DNA from: Neovahlkampfia damariscottae
Taxonomy: Eukaryota
Direction of reading: 5' to 3'
Assembly (NCBI GenBank): GCA_016618085.1
Contig: JABLTG010000121.1
Coordinates: 1 to 64,000 of the forward strand
DNA length: 64,000 nucleotides
Shown here: one piece after another, positions 1-11,376 of the stretch
Layout: each line of letters begins with the position of its first letter
How positions within the stretch are numbered: position 1 is the stretch's first letter
Notes under the pieces: generated by a model
Database searches by the model: none
What the model saw: only the letters and a program-made list of their open reading frames with translations
What the model was told of the DNA's origin: nothing
Made by a program: the position numbers and the translations under genes

Positions 1-185
1 TCTGAGATAATTGTATTTACTTGTGTATCAAAGTTTGTTGGTACGTAATTTGGATCTGTGAAATTAGCAAGGTATTGTGTGAGCTTAGCAGCAGTTGCTT
101 GCATAGCTGTATGTGAACATTGTTGTGGTTGTGCAATAAATACACATAATGCGAATACTAAAATTGTGAGTACTCCTCTGTTCAT
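1..185 (-). CDS. 5' end of a predicted secreted protein (runs off the window edge)
   Basis: ATG at 185; MNRGVLTILVFALCVFIAQPQQCSHTAMQ... has a signal-peptide-like N-terminus; frame open to position 1; CCAAT cluster upstream. Confidence 0.6.
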   Translation of the reverse strand, partial: MNRGVLTILVFALCVFIAQPQQCSHTAMQATAAKLTQYLANFTDPNYVPTNFDTQVNTIIS

Positions 186-232
186 TGTTTTTTTGTGAAA
201 AAAGATGAAAAGAAAAACGGTTTTGTGAATTT

Positions 233-314
233 ATTGGTTACCGTCCAACGGCCTTACGATTTGATTGGTTCTTGAACCAACGTCCAATAAACGAATACAG
301 ATTTGATTGGTTCT
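233..314. promoter_or_regulatory. Cluster of CCAAT/ATTGG boxes with a 15-nt direct repeat
   Basis: ATTGG at 233, 264, 306 and CCAAT at 284; GATTTGATTGGTTCT at both 258-272 and 300-314. Confidence 0.6.
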
Positions 315-473
315 CCAAATTTGAAGCATCAATTTAAAAATGCAGTTGTTTTTTTTTCTGTTGATTTTTGAAAAATAAAATACTTCAACGGCAAATTGGT
401 GATTCTTTAAAATTATTGGTTTATTTTTAGCGGTGAAAGTGATTGATGGACTTATTTTTAAAAAACAAAAAAT

Positions 474-1383
474 TTATTCCAATGCTTTTTCAACGAATTT
501 TGGAAGAACAAAAGAGGTTTCATGTAATTCTTCATTATAATAAGAGCATTTATCATCATCAATTTTTCTAACTGGTTTTTTTGAAGAATTTGAATTACTA
601 CAAACAAAAAAACCGATGCAACCAGAAGGATAAGTTGGAATTGAAATATTTGCATATTCTACATGTTCAAAGATATCTTTAATAAAATTTTTCATATTTG
701 AAATTAATTTTAAGTCTAACCATATGGATTCAGCTTGAGTAATTAAAATTCCACCTTCTTTTAATCCTTCTTTACAAGTTTGATAAAATTCTTTCTGAAA
801 CAAAACTTCAGCAGGTCCTAAAAGTTAAGAAATTAATCAAGAAAAGTTTTTTACCAATTGGATCACTTGAATCGACAATAATGATGTCAAATTCATTTTT
901 TCTTTGTTTAATGAATTCACATCCATCATCAAAATAAAAATTCACTCTTTCATCATCAAAAGCTGATGAGAGATGAGGAAGATATTTTTTTGAACTATCA
1001 ACCACCATTTTGTCAATTTCACAAAGTGTAACTTTTTCAACAGTGTCATGTTTACAAACTTCTCTTATAACACCACCATCTCCACCTCCAATACAAACGA
1101 CATTTTTTGGATTCTTATGTGCACAAAGTGCCAAATGACAAATCATTTCTTGATACGCACATTCATCTTTTTCAGAAGATTGAACTATACCATCTAGAGA
1201 CATCATTCTACCATAAGTTTTACTTTTGAATATTAAAATATCCTGATTGAAGTGAATTTAATTTTGACAAACCTGAAACTTTGATTTTTCATGAAATAGA
1301 ACTTCCTCTACTTCGTAGGACATTGACTGACCATGCCAGTCGTCATTGTATTCAGTAAACCAACCTTTTTTAAATGTATTCAT
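474..1383 (-). CDS. SRM: Spermidine synthase (2 introns)
   Basis: GWFTE..WHGQ, KSKFQ|DI, LDG..Q, YQEM, IGGGDGG, DIIIVDSSDPIG|PAE, IPTYPSG motifs; 30-nt and ~37-nt GT-AG introns join the frames. Confidence 0.95.
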
Positions 1384-1550
1384 TTCTCCAAAATCCAGAG
1401 CCTCCAATCAAATAAATTTGTGCGGATAATCAACAAATAAAAACCTGTTTTTTTTTTGTCATTAAAAAATTCATCATAATTTTGAATTATTCAGATTTCC
1501 CAACATAAATGTTTTATGTGAATTTTTTAATTGGACACTTCCTAAAATCT

Positions 1551-1789
1551 ATGTCAAACCCAAATGCATTTCCACCTCCACCTGAACAAACTTCATGTCA
1601 AGTTGGTACTCCTATTTGTACATAGTGTAAAACTATGTAAAACCTCCAAAACAGATTCTTATTTTTCACAAAGAACTGTTCCACTTATCATGGTTTTCAA
1701 TGTGTCAGAAAGCTTTGGACAAAACCACTTTTATTTTCGTCTCCAAAGGTATCTTTTGTCCAGATTGTTCAAATGAAAATTCAAAATAA
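1551..1789 (+). pseudogene. Degraded single LIM-domain (CRIP-like) gene
   Basis: MSNPNAFPPPPEQTSCQVGTPICT*CK / NYVKPPKQILIFHKELFHLSWFSMCQKALDKTTF...GIFCPDC follows LIM Cys/His spacing but has a TAG, a 1-nt frameshift and missing Cys. Confidence 0.4.
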
Positions 1790-1908
1790 AATTTGCTTCC
1801 ACAAATTCCGGAATAACTTTCACATTGCTGTTTTCAACAGAAAAAAATAACTGAACAATCATTGGACAAAAATCCACGGACAAAAAAACAAACACTTGAA
1901 TTAGAGAA

Positions 1909-2969
1909 ATGTCAATACTTGCTGTTGTTGGACCATTATCACTGAATGTTTTTGCTTCTTGTGGAACAATTTTTGTGAACAAACATATTTTCCAAAACCA
2001 CTTCTTCACTTTTGGTATAAAACTCTTTTTTTTAAAAAAACTAGGAACCACTTTAACAGTTTGTCACTTTATTGTTACATTTCTTCTTTGTTTATTATGT
2101 TCAAAAGTAGGTGTTTTTGAAGCTAAAAAATTGGAAATGAAAAAAGTTATACAATTATCTTTTGCTTTTTGTGGTTATGTGGTTTTTAATAATTTGTCTT
2201 TAATGTGGAATTCAGTTTCATTCTACCAAGTAAGTTTCTAATTATTTTTTATTCTTCTCTTTTTTGATAGGTCATGAAAATCCTTTGCACTCCTACCATC
2301 ATTTTGATTCAAGAAAGATTTTATGGAATTACAACAGATAATAGAACAAAATTATCTTTATTACCTGTTTGTATTGGTATTTTTGTTACAGTTGTGACAG
2401 ATATGGAAGTTAATTTAGTTGGAACCATTTTCGCAATTTTGGCGACTATCAGTAATACTTTATATACAATTGTAATTACTATTTTTTTAATGTATCTTAT
2501 TAGTGGGGAAAAACTAAAATGGCTGAGTTGAATGCGAACCCAATGCAAATTTTATTATATCAAAGTGCAACTTCAGCTGTTATTTTGGTATGTTTTATTC
2601 CATTTTTTGATTCAGTTTCACATTTAATTGAGTATCCATATGATACAAGTTCAGTGGTCAGTTTTTATTTCTTTAATTTTTTAGAGCTGGATTTTATTCA
2701 GTTGTGTCACAGCATTTTTGGTCAATTTTTCATTCTTTTTATTAAGTAGCGTAACTTCATCATTGACTGTAAATGTTATTGGATATCTCAAAACATGTAT
2801 TGTTTTCATTGGAGGTTATTTATTATTCAGCGCAAAATTAAATGCAAAAAATATTTTTGGAATTATTATGACACTCATAGGTCTTTTGTTTTATACATAC
2901 GTTAAAATATATCCTGCAAAAGTTGAAAAGATTCAAGTTTCAGAAGAAAAACCAGAACAAAATGTCTAA
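1909..2969 (+). CDS. Nucleotide-sugar/triose-phosphate transporter family protein (SLC35E3-like)
   Basis: IFVNKHIF, LTVCHF, FNNLSLMWNSVSFYQ|VMKILCTP, NPMQILLYQ, TVNVIGYLKT; multi-TM; several short introns. Confidence 0.9.
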
Positions 2970-3018
2970 AAATAAAATGAATTTTTTATCCAATCGGAAT
3001 TTTAATTCATAAAAGAGA

Positions 3019-4145
3019 ATGTCGTTGGTTGAAGTGCAACTTGATGAACTGTTGGTGTCGATTTTTGAGTATTTACCATCAAAAGATATCAGGAGTGTGA
3101 GAGAAGTGTCTAAAAAATTCAATATTTTAGCTAATCATTATGTTTGATTTTTATTTCTTAATTTTTAGACCATCTATCAAAGTTTATGCAAAGAAGTTGG
3201 GTATCCTGTGGACACAGACAATTATAAACCGGATTTAACCACAAGTTGGAAAGAATTTTATGAACTTCTTTGTAAAACTTTTTTTTTTTGATTTTCTATA
3301 GTATCAAGATGTAATTTGGTGATTTATAAGAATAGTTTAACACCTCTTTTGACATTATATGAAGAACTGAAAGAACTTTTAGAAAAACATAATTTTGAAC
3401 TAGAAATAGACTTGGAAACATTTGAAGACGAATATGAAAATAATGCGATTGTAAAATTACTAAATAATGAAAGATTATGTAGAGTATTAAAATTAAATAA
3501 TGAACTGAAACAACTTGGATTGTTTTCTGACATTTTTTCTTTTGGTTTTTTTTTTTTGTTGTGAAAATAACTTTTTTAGATTTGGATGAATTAAAAGTTG
3601 AAACAAAAGAAAAAGAGAAATTCATTTTACAATTGCTGAATGATGATGATCATTCTTTCAATCAAGTCATCAAACAATTACGTCTTTGTGGTTTTTCATA
3701 TCAAGATGCAGATAAAATAGCTTGGAAAACACATGCAAATGGAATGTCTGATATTATGATAGAATCAAAAGAACAATGTGAAAAAAATCAAAAAATATTA
3801 CAAAAAATAAGATTGGCTTCAAAAATAATTCCATTTGAGTTTTCACCTAAAATGTTGTTGAAACAAAAAATCGAACAAGTTCCAGTTGAATTTCAATTAA
3901 AAAAAGATGATAAATTATATCAATTATTTTTAATTTATATTGATGATATTGATATTTCTGAACTTTTTTGTGATTTACAAAACACAATTCAAGATTTTGA
4001 AGAATCTGATTTTCATTTGATACTACTTGGAATTTCAATAAGAGGAACAGCAAAGATATATGAAGGATCAAAAGAAGAATGTCAAAAAATAGCATCTCTT
4101 TTAGGAGAAAAAGATTATGAAATTGCAATTGTATTAAGTAAATGA
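3019..4145 (+). CDS. F-box protein with C-terminal tandem ClpS-like domains (~344 aa)
   Basis: F-box LDELLVSIFEYLPSKDIRSVREVSKKFN; introns 3142-3168, 3272-3301, 3545-3579 give one open frame; ClpS signature LLNDDDHSFNQVI...A..IAWKTHANG; second degenerate repeat ending RGTAKIYEGSKEEC. Confidence 0.75.
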
Positions 4146-4147
4146 TT

Positions 4148-5581
4148 TTATTTTTTTGCCATTACATAAGTGTGATATTCTTTTATTTTTGTAATCTCTT
4201 TTTCTGTTTGTATAAAAGGTGGAAGTTCAATTTTTTGATTTGTATTTTCTGCTTGTGTTTGTAATGTCAATACATTAAAATCTAGAAAATGAATCAATTC
4301 AAAAATTTGATTTTTCCAAATGAATGATTTAATTTTCTTTCTAACAACTTGTTGATTTTCATCTCTTTTTAAAAGAAATGTTGAGTACTCTTTTCCTGAA
4401 ATTTGTTTTTCAACAACTGCACTTCTATGATCACCCATTCTTCTTTTTACTGAATGTGCTGAAAAATTTAAATATTTTTGAAAATCTTACTATAAGTATT
4501 GACTCCATTTTGACCTCTTCTTCTTACAAATATAAATCCATCAATATCTGGGTCTTCATTCTTTAAGTATGTCTGTTCCATATCAAATTCTTGAACTTTA
4601 ACAGGCATATATTGTGGTTGTGTTTTAACTAAGAATTTTCTTAAAGAAGCATCTGGTCTAGGTGCACCTACAAGACTACAAACAGATTCAACAACTCTGT
4701 TTACTTTTGAATCAAATGGAGTTGAATTATCAAAAATTCTCAAGTTTGAGTGACCAACCCCTGAATGTTTTTTGTTAATAAAAATGTTAATTTTACATCC
4801 ATTCAAATAACGAAAATCTAATCCGACAGCTTTTTCTGTTGACATATTTTGATTGATGTTAAATGATTTGAATGCATCTGAGTTTCCAATGGCAGTTGTA
4901 ACAAGATGATAAACAGCATCATATCTTCTGTCTCTTAATTGTACAGGTGTCCATCCATTATCATCCAACAAAACTTCAATATCACTTGGTTTCAAATTTA
5001 TTGATAAATCCATTACACCTCTGTGACAAATAATAACAGATTTTCGACCTGAAGAACGAGCGATATCATGAAAAGCATCTTCAAGATCCATTTGAACTTG
5101 CATAGCTTCAAAAAAAAATTTAATTTCTTTTTGTATTTTTTTACCTGCACCGTAATAAACGATTTGTTGTTCTTGTGTCATATTTTGAACAATATTTCCA
5201 TTTCCTTGTGTTATTAAATCAGCAGTTTCAGGTAAAATAAAAACTAAAAATCCTAAAGACATCAATCTATTTGCGATGGCACTGATTGTAGCAGTTTTGC
5301 CTGCAAAAATTATGAATTTTTGTTTTTTTTATTTTACCTGCATATGGTCCTCCTGTGACGACAACACGAAATAATTTGGATTGTTCATGTTTTTTTTGAT
5401 AATTTGTTTCTGTTGGAATCAATTCTTCACAAACAACTTCTTCAGGTGAAAAATCAAATTTCAATTTTTCTTGATATCTATAAAATGTGTACGCAAGTGT
5501 AGTTGATGTCAAAATTGTAGAAATGCCCAATGTCTTTTTGTAGTTTCGTAATTTTGGAAAGTTTTGTTTGAAAAACTTCAT
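4148..5581 (-). CDS. TTD14-like P-loop NTPase (AAA_28) with CYTH-like C-terminus
   Basis: RVVVTGGPYAG|KT Walker A, ILPETA, ICHRGVMD, RDRRYDAVYHLVTTAIG, WVGH..LRIFDNS; C-terminal RKFLVK, QTYL, RKKIKSFIWKNQIFEL; N-terminal basic + TM segment. Confidence 0.8.
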
Positions 5582-5731
5582 GTTTGTATTTTCTTCCAAA
5601 TTGGAAGGTTAGCCAATGAAATTAAGAATCTAAAATCGACTCATTTCTATATATTTTATTGTTTCATTTATGATTTAGTTTTCTAATTTTTTTTCTATTT
5701 TTCATCCAACCAAATATTATCAATTTTTTCG

Positions 5732-6712
5732 ATGACATCAGAAGAAAACCTGCTGAAAGAAAAAGAGAAAGAAGCAAACCAAAAAGAATATAAACCACTA
5801 AATCCTCGAATTACAAATTTTAATGATGCACCAAAACATCTACAAAGAAATAAATTTATTCAGACAGGTTACAGAGTTGATTATGACTTCCTACTTGCCA
5901 TAAAATCATTATTTCAAACTCACAACGAATTAATAAATTCATGGTCTCACATATACGGAACACTTATTTTTCTGTTATTCACTTTGTACACATTAAACGT
6001 CTTTTATGAAAATTATTCAAAAGTTGATTTTGGAGATATTTTGGTTTGGACAATTTATATGATTTCAGTTTTAAATACATTCATATCTTCCACAGTATAT
6101 CATCTATTTGGATTATGTCATCATGATACAAAAATATTTAGAGTTTGTTATTGGTAAGCAGGGTTTAATTACTCATTTTTTGAAGTATGGATGTTAGTGC
6201 TGTTGGCGGAATAGTTTGTGGTTCATTTTTTCCAGGATACTATTACTGGATGTATAAACATGAAAATTGGCGAATTATCTACATTTCAATATTTGGAGTC
6301 TTTATGTTTTTGGCCATGTCAGTGAAATAAAATATTTTAACATTGTATTAGGGGATTTCCTTATGCATCTGGAATACTACCAAAAAAATTATTTGAAAAT
6401 TTAAGAACAACTTTGTTTGTAGGTATGATTGTTGCAGGAGTTGGTCCATTGGTTCATTTACATCTCTTAGATGGAGGATATGTTACTTATGAAAGAACTA
6501 AATTTGTTCTTTATGGATGTATAAATATGGGATTATTTTATGGTATTGGAATGTTTTTTTGGGTTTCAAAAATTCCAGAAAGATTTGCACCTGGTAAATT
6601 TGATATTTATGGACAAAGTCATTCTATTTGGCATATTTTCATTGTTTTTGGAGCAATGGGATGGTATTATTGTATGTTGCAATCATTTTATTTAAAAATA
6701 AATTCAACATAA
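5732..6712 (+). CDS. PAQR / adiponectin-receptor (haemolysin-III) family membrane protein
   Basis: NKFIQTGYR, HNELINSWSH, SSTVYH, IPERFAPGKFDIYGQSHSIWHIF. Confidence 0.92.
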
Positions 6713-6713
6713 T

Positions 6714-9550
6714 TTACTCTTGACTTTTTCTATTCTTTTTTTTTTCTTTTGAAATTTTATCATTGATTATCGATTTGATTGATTGAGGTAATGATTCATA
6801 TTCTTCTGTTTTTTCAACTTGTTTTAAATGTTTGAAAATATAAGAAGAACAGAAATTATTCATAAATTCATCTTTTAACAAATCAGAAAAATAACAGACA
6901 TCAAATGCATTTCCTAATGATAAATTATCACGAATAATTTGACGTAAAAAAGGTTTTAAAGGTGCAATATCATATAAAGAAACAGCATAATAAACAGAAA
7001 TTGAATCTGAAATTGAAATTTCTGGTAAAAATCCAGTATAAAGATATTCTAAGATTAACTTAATTGCATTCTTTCCAATATCTTCAGGAACATCAATTGT
7101 ATTAGTTTCTACTTCTTTAAATCCAACCATACTAAACATTGATTTGAAATATGGGCAACGGTTTGTTATTAATCCTTTATGAGCATATAAAATTTCATCT
7201 TCAAAGACAAAATGAACAAGTCCATTTATTGGATCAGGAATTCGACTTGAAGAGAAAATTTCACCATTCACATATTTTAAATAATTTTTTTTCAATTGAT
7301 ACTTTGTAAAAATATTAAATAGTTGATGATTTACTTGCATATTGTTTTTTTGAATAGTTGCAAAATTTAAATGTCCCTCTAACAGTTCAACAAGAATATC
7401 ATTTTTAAATAACTTTGCAATGTAATATAATTGTTCAAATCTATTTTCTCCCCAACTATCACTTTTAATTTGAAGACCAAAATTATAAAGAGAATCAATA
7501 AATGTTCCAAAAACAAGAAATGATATTTTTTCATCAAATTCAATTGTAACTTGTGTTTTTTCTTCATAATATTGTTGATTTTCCATTGATTTTTGAACAA
7601 GTTTATATAATTCAGGACATGTTATTTCAATGATTAATTTGTGTGCATAGATTCTTTTCTCTGAATATCCAAAATTAAAAACAAGATCTGAGTTTTCTTC
7701 ATCTTGAGATCTAAACCATCTTGTTAAATCTTTACAAAGTTCACTGTGATGACCATGTGATGATAATTCATTATAATATTCAATGTGTGAATAAACATCA
7801 CATTTTCTATTTTGTATAATATTAGTGAATCCATAATGAGATTTAAATGAATAAAATTCAGGCTAATTCAAAAAATATGATAAAATTATTTAAACAATTA
7901 CATTGACATCAGAGAATCCTCCAATTAGCATTAATTTTCCATGTACCATTGCAGAGTGTCCACAAATATGAGGATCATCTAAATTTTTAACTTGTTGAAC
8001 AATGCTCCATCTTTCATGTTTCATATCAAATAGATACATTTCAGTGGAATTATTTTCACCATCAAATCCACCATAAGCTAATAAATTATCTTCAAAAATA
8101 TGTAGACCAAGACCAAGGGTAATTGAAGGTGCAGGACCCCTAATAAATATTTTTTTGACAATTTTTTCACTAGTATCAACCACATACATATCTGAAAGAA
8201 CTTCTTGATCTTCCCCTGTTCCACCATAGATATAAATTTGATCTGACATTCTAACACTTGAATGACCAGCTCTTGCAGGAATGACATCTCCAGTCATCAC
8301 CACAGGTGAAAAAGTCACTAAGAATGGGTCATTTCTTTTTATTTCTAATTGGAAAAAATCATTTGAGAATTTCGTTGTGTTTAGATTGAATCCACCAAAA
8401 ATGATGATATTTGAATCATTAAGATTTTCTGAAGTATGTCCAATTAACTCTGGAACATTTTCTTTCAAATCTTCAAATATACTGTGTTTTGAAAGATAAA
8501 CTGAAAAATTAAAAAAACAAACAACTTACAGTGATTTGGTCTTCTTCTTTTTTGTTCCCATTCAATAATCATTGCACGTTTTTTCTTCATTAAACTAGGA
8601 TTTTCTTGATCATTTTGAGTGATTATTGGTTGTGGTGAATCAATTGGTGTTGTTTCTTTCAAGACTACAACTCTTCCAGCACCAAATAAACAAACTGCAT
8701 CATAGAATTCACTTGATATTGGAATTTTGATCAAATTTGTTGAAATAAATTTATAAGGAAAATCAAAACGTGGCATATCGTTTGAAATTACCCCAGTTGT
8801 CCATTTATCTTTTCTAATATCGTATGTATGAACAGCATTCATTAAAATGATGTGAACTAATTCATCATTTTGTTGAACAAAATATCTCTTGTCTTTTATG
8901 TCAAATTGTTCTTCCCAATGGTATGCAGGAGAAAGATGAACAAAGTTATCATAAAAAACTTCGAAGAATGAAAAAGATTTTTTTTTTTTACCTGAAGTTG
9001 AATTGTTTTTTGAATTTTGTGACATTTCTGAGTATTTTCTGGTGTTTAATACTTTTGAATCGAAAATATTTTGTTTCTTTTCATTTTTTTTTATTTCTTC
9101 TTTTTTTGTAAATTCTTCTTCAATTATTGTTTGTTCCAAAATCAGTTGCCTTTCGTTTTTTGATTTTTCAGCCATTTTCAAAAGTTTTTCTTTAATTTCT
9201 GTTACCACTTCAAATATATCAATTGTTGCACCTTTGACTTCTTTCTTTAAAGTTTTTGAGTTGAGTTCTTATTTTTTGAAACTTACCAGTTCTTTAATGT
9301 CTTTATCAATCCTGAGGATAATAGCACGTGGTAAATCCGGTCCTTCAAATTTGAAGGATACTTCTGTTACTTTTGGATGACAGACGACATTAAGAGAAGC
9401 TGTCAATTTTTCAGACTCTAAAATGTCGTCTGAAATAGTAATTTGGTACTCAGTTGATGTTTCATTTTTTTTTAAGTATTTAAAATTTGAGTCAAAGATT
9501 GATTCCAAAGCTTCTGCTTCTTCAAGACGGTCAACTGTTTCTTCACTCAT
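6714..9550 (-). CDS. RWD-domain + Kelch repeats + tandem BTB protein (LZTR1-like C-terminal half)
   Basis: N-term EEAEALESIF (RWD); Kelch GH...IFGG repeats (ARAGHSS...IYIYGG); two BTB starts (SDLVF..IYAHKLII; YAHKGLITNRCPYFKSMF); three short introns link the ORFs. Confidence 0.7.
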
Positions 9551-9693
9551 TCTAATTCAACCAATTAAACAAGGGATCTAAACCTTGTAATTTGTCATAT
9601 TATCAGTTTCTTTCAAATGACAAAAAAAAGAATCAAAAAAGCTTAATAACACTTGTAAAATCCCTCCAATGAAAACCTTCCAAATTCAAACAC

Positions 9694-10192
9694 ATGAAGG
9701 AAAAAATGCTGACGAAAAAAAATATATTGGATGAAGAGATCTCACAAAAAGAAGAAGTAGATGAAGAAGAAAATATCTGTGAAGTTGAAAAGATAGTGAA
9801 AAAAAGAAGACGACAAGGAAAAACTGAGTACCTGATAAAATGGAAAGAAGATCCAGACCAGTCTTGGATTGACTCAGAAGACATTCTAGATGATTCTCTG
9901 ATAGAAGATTTTGAAAACTCAAAATCAATGGCAACACCACAAAAGAAAAGAGGTCGAAAAAAAAAGTCTTCATCATCAACTTCTTCAAAATCATCAGAAG
10001 ATTCATCAAAGTCACTCAAAAGAACACCTAGAAAATCACCAAAAAAAATCGTAAAACTTTTGTTTTAATTGACTATTCAAACAGGATCCTGAATGGGAAA
10101 AAAAACGAGAAATGGAAATCCAAAAATTAAAGGAGTACTACCAAGATATAGATAAAAACGAAACGATAGAAGTACAAAAAGATTTGTTGTAA
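9694..10192 (+). CDS. Small chromodomain protein with a basic/Ser-rich tail
   Basis: CEVEKIVKKRRRQGKTEYLIKWKEDPDQSWIDSEDILDDSLIEDFE; intron ~10051-10084; last exon DPEWEKKREMEIQKLKEYYQDIDKNETIEVQKDLL*. Confidence 0.75.
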
Positions 10193-10255
10193 TTTGTGAT
10201 ATAAAGGTTTTTTTTTTTATCCAATAATTATTCTTCGTTTTTTTTTCTTAGTCAA

Positions 10256-11269
10256 ATGAACGTTGAAAGTGACGTTGTTGTCATTGATTTAGGAACCAGT
10301 TTAATAAAACTAGGGTTTTTCCAAACGGAAATATTAAATTTTTTAGAATTTCTGGAGAAGATGCTCCCACAGCAGTCATAAAAAACCAAAAAACAAATGG
10401 AGAACTTTCAAGAACGATGAAAAATGGAATAGTTGAAAACAAAGATTTATTGGAAGATATACTATTAGAACAGTTCATATCTTACGTAAAACCTTCTGAA
10501 ACGTCGTTTTTTATTACAGAAAATCCAATGAGAGATTCAGACAATAGAAAAATCATTTCAGAAATTTTTTATGAAAAATTCAATGCTCCATATTTGTCTT
10601 TTGAAATTACATCTCCATTGACTTTATACGCTATTGCAAAAACTACAAGTTTAGTTGTTGATTGTGGTGAAGGAGTCACAAGTGTTGTTCCAATTTATGT
10701 TTGATTTTCAATTTTAATATAAAAAGGATGGTATTATGATGGAACATGCAATGAATGTAATAGATAAAGGATTATTTGATTTAAAAGAAAATATTTTTAA
10801 AACTTTGAACAAATATAATTCACAGAAATTGGATTTTGAAATTAGTGAAAAAATATTTGATAATTTTTGCACAAACATAAAATATGAAAATATCAATGAA
10901 AAATACATATTACCAGATGGTATTGAAATTCCAAAAAACATTGAAGGAATGGCTTCAAATTTTTATTTTGAAGAATTAGGTCTCCATCAAGAAATTTTGC
11001 AATCATTGCACCTGTGTGATATTGATATTAAAATTAATTTAAGAGAAAATTTAATTTTGACAGGAGGAGGGACTTTCATTTCTAATTTTAAAAATGATTT
11101 ATATTCCAAGTTGGAAACAGAGAAATTCATTCCAATTTACTATCCAGAAAGGTTGTATTTGAATTGGATTGGAGCATCAGTATTAACACAATTATCTTCG
11201 TTTGAAAAGAATTGGATTTCACTTTCCGAATATTTAGAATTTGGTTCATGGGTATTGCATGAAAAATGA
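10256..11269 (+). CDS. Divergent actin-related protein
   Basis: VVIDLGTSLIKLG|ISGEDAP, ITENP, YEKFNAP, LVVDCGEGVTSVVPIY, YILPDG, NLILTGGGT, PERLYLNWIGASVL. Confidence 0.85.
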
Positions 11270-11376
11270 AGTTAAGAAATTGTCCAATGAAAAGTTTTTC
11301 GGTTGGCTTGGACTATTTTAGAAATTGATTTTTTTTCAGTTGAAAAATAACAACAACAAGTTTCAACTGAATTGAA

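Noticed and set aside
9633..10019. 128-aa - strand ORF
   Set aside because: Antisense to the chromodomain gene; low-complexity Ser/Phe content with no family signal
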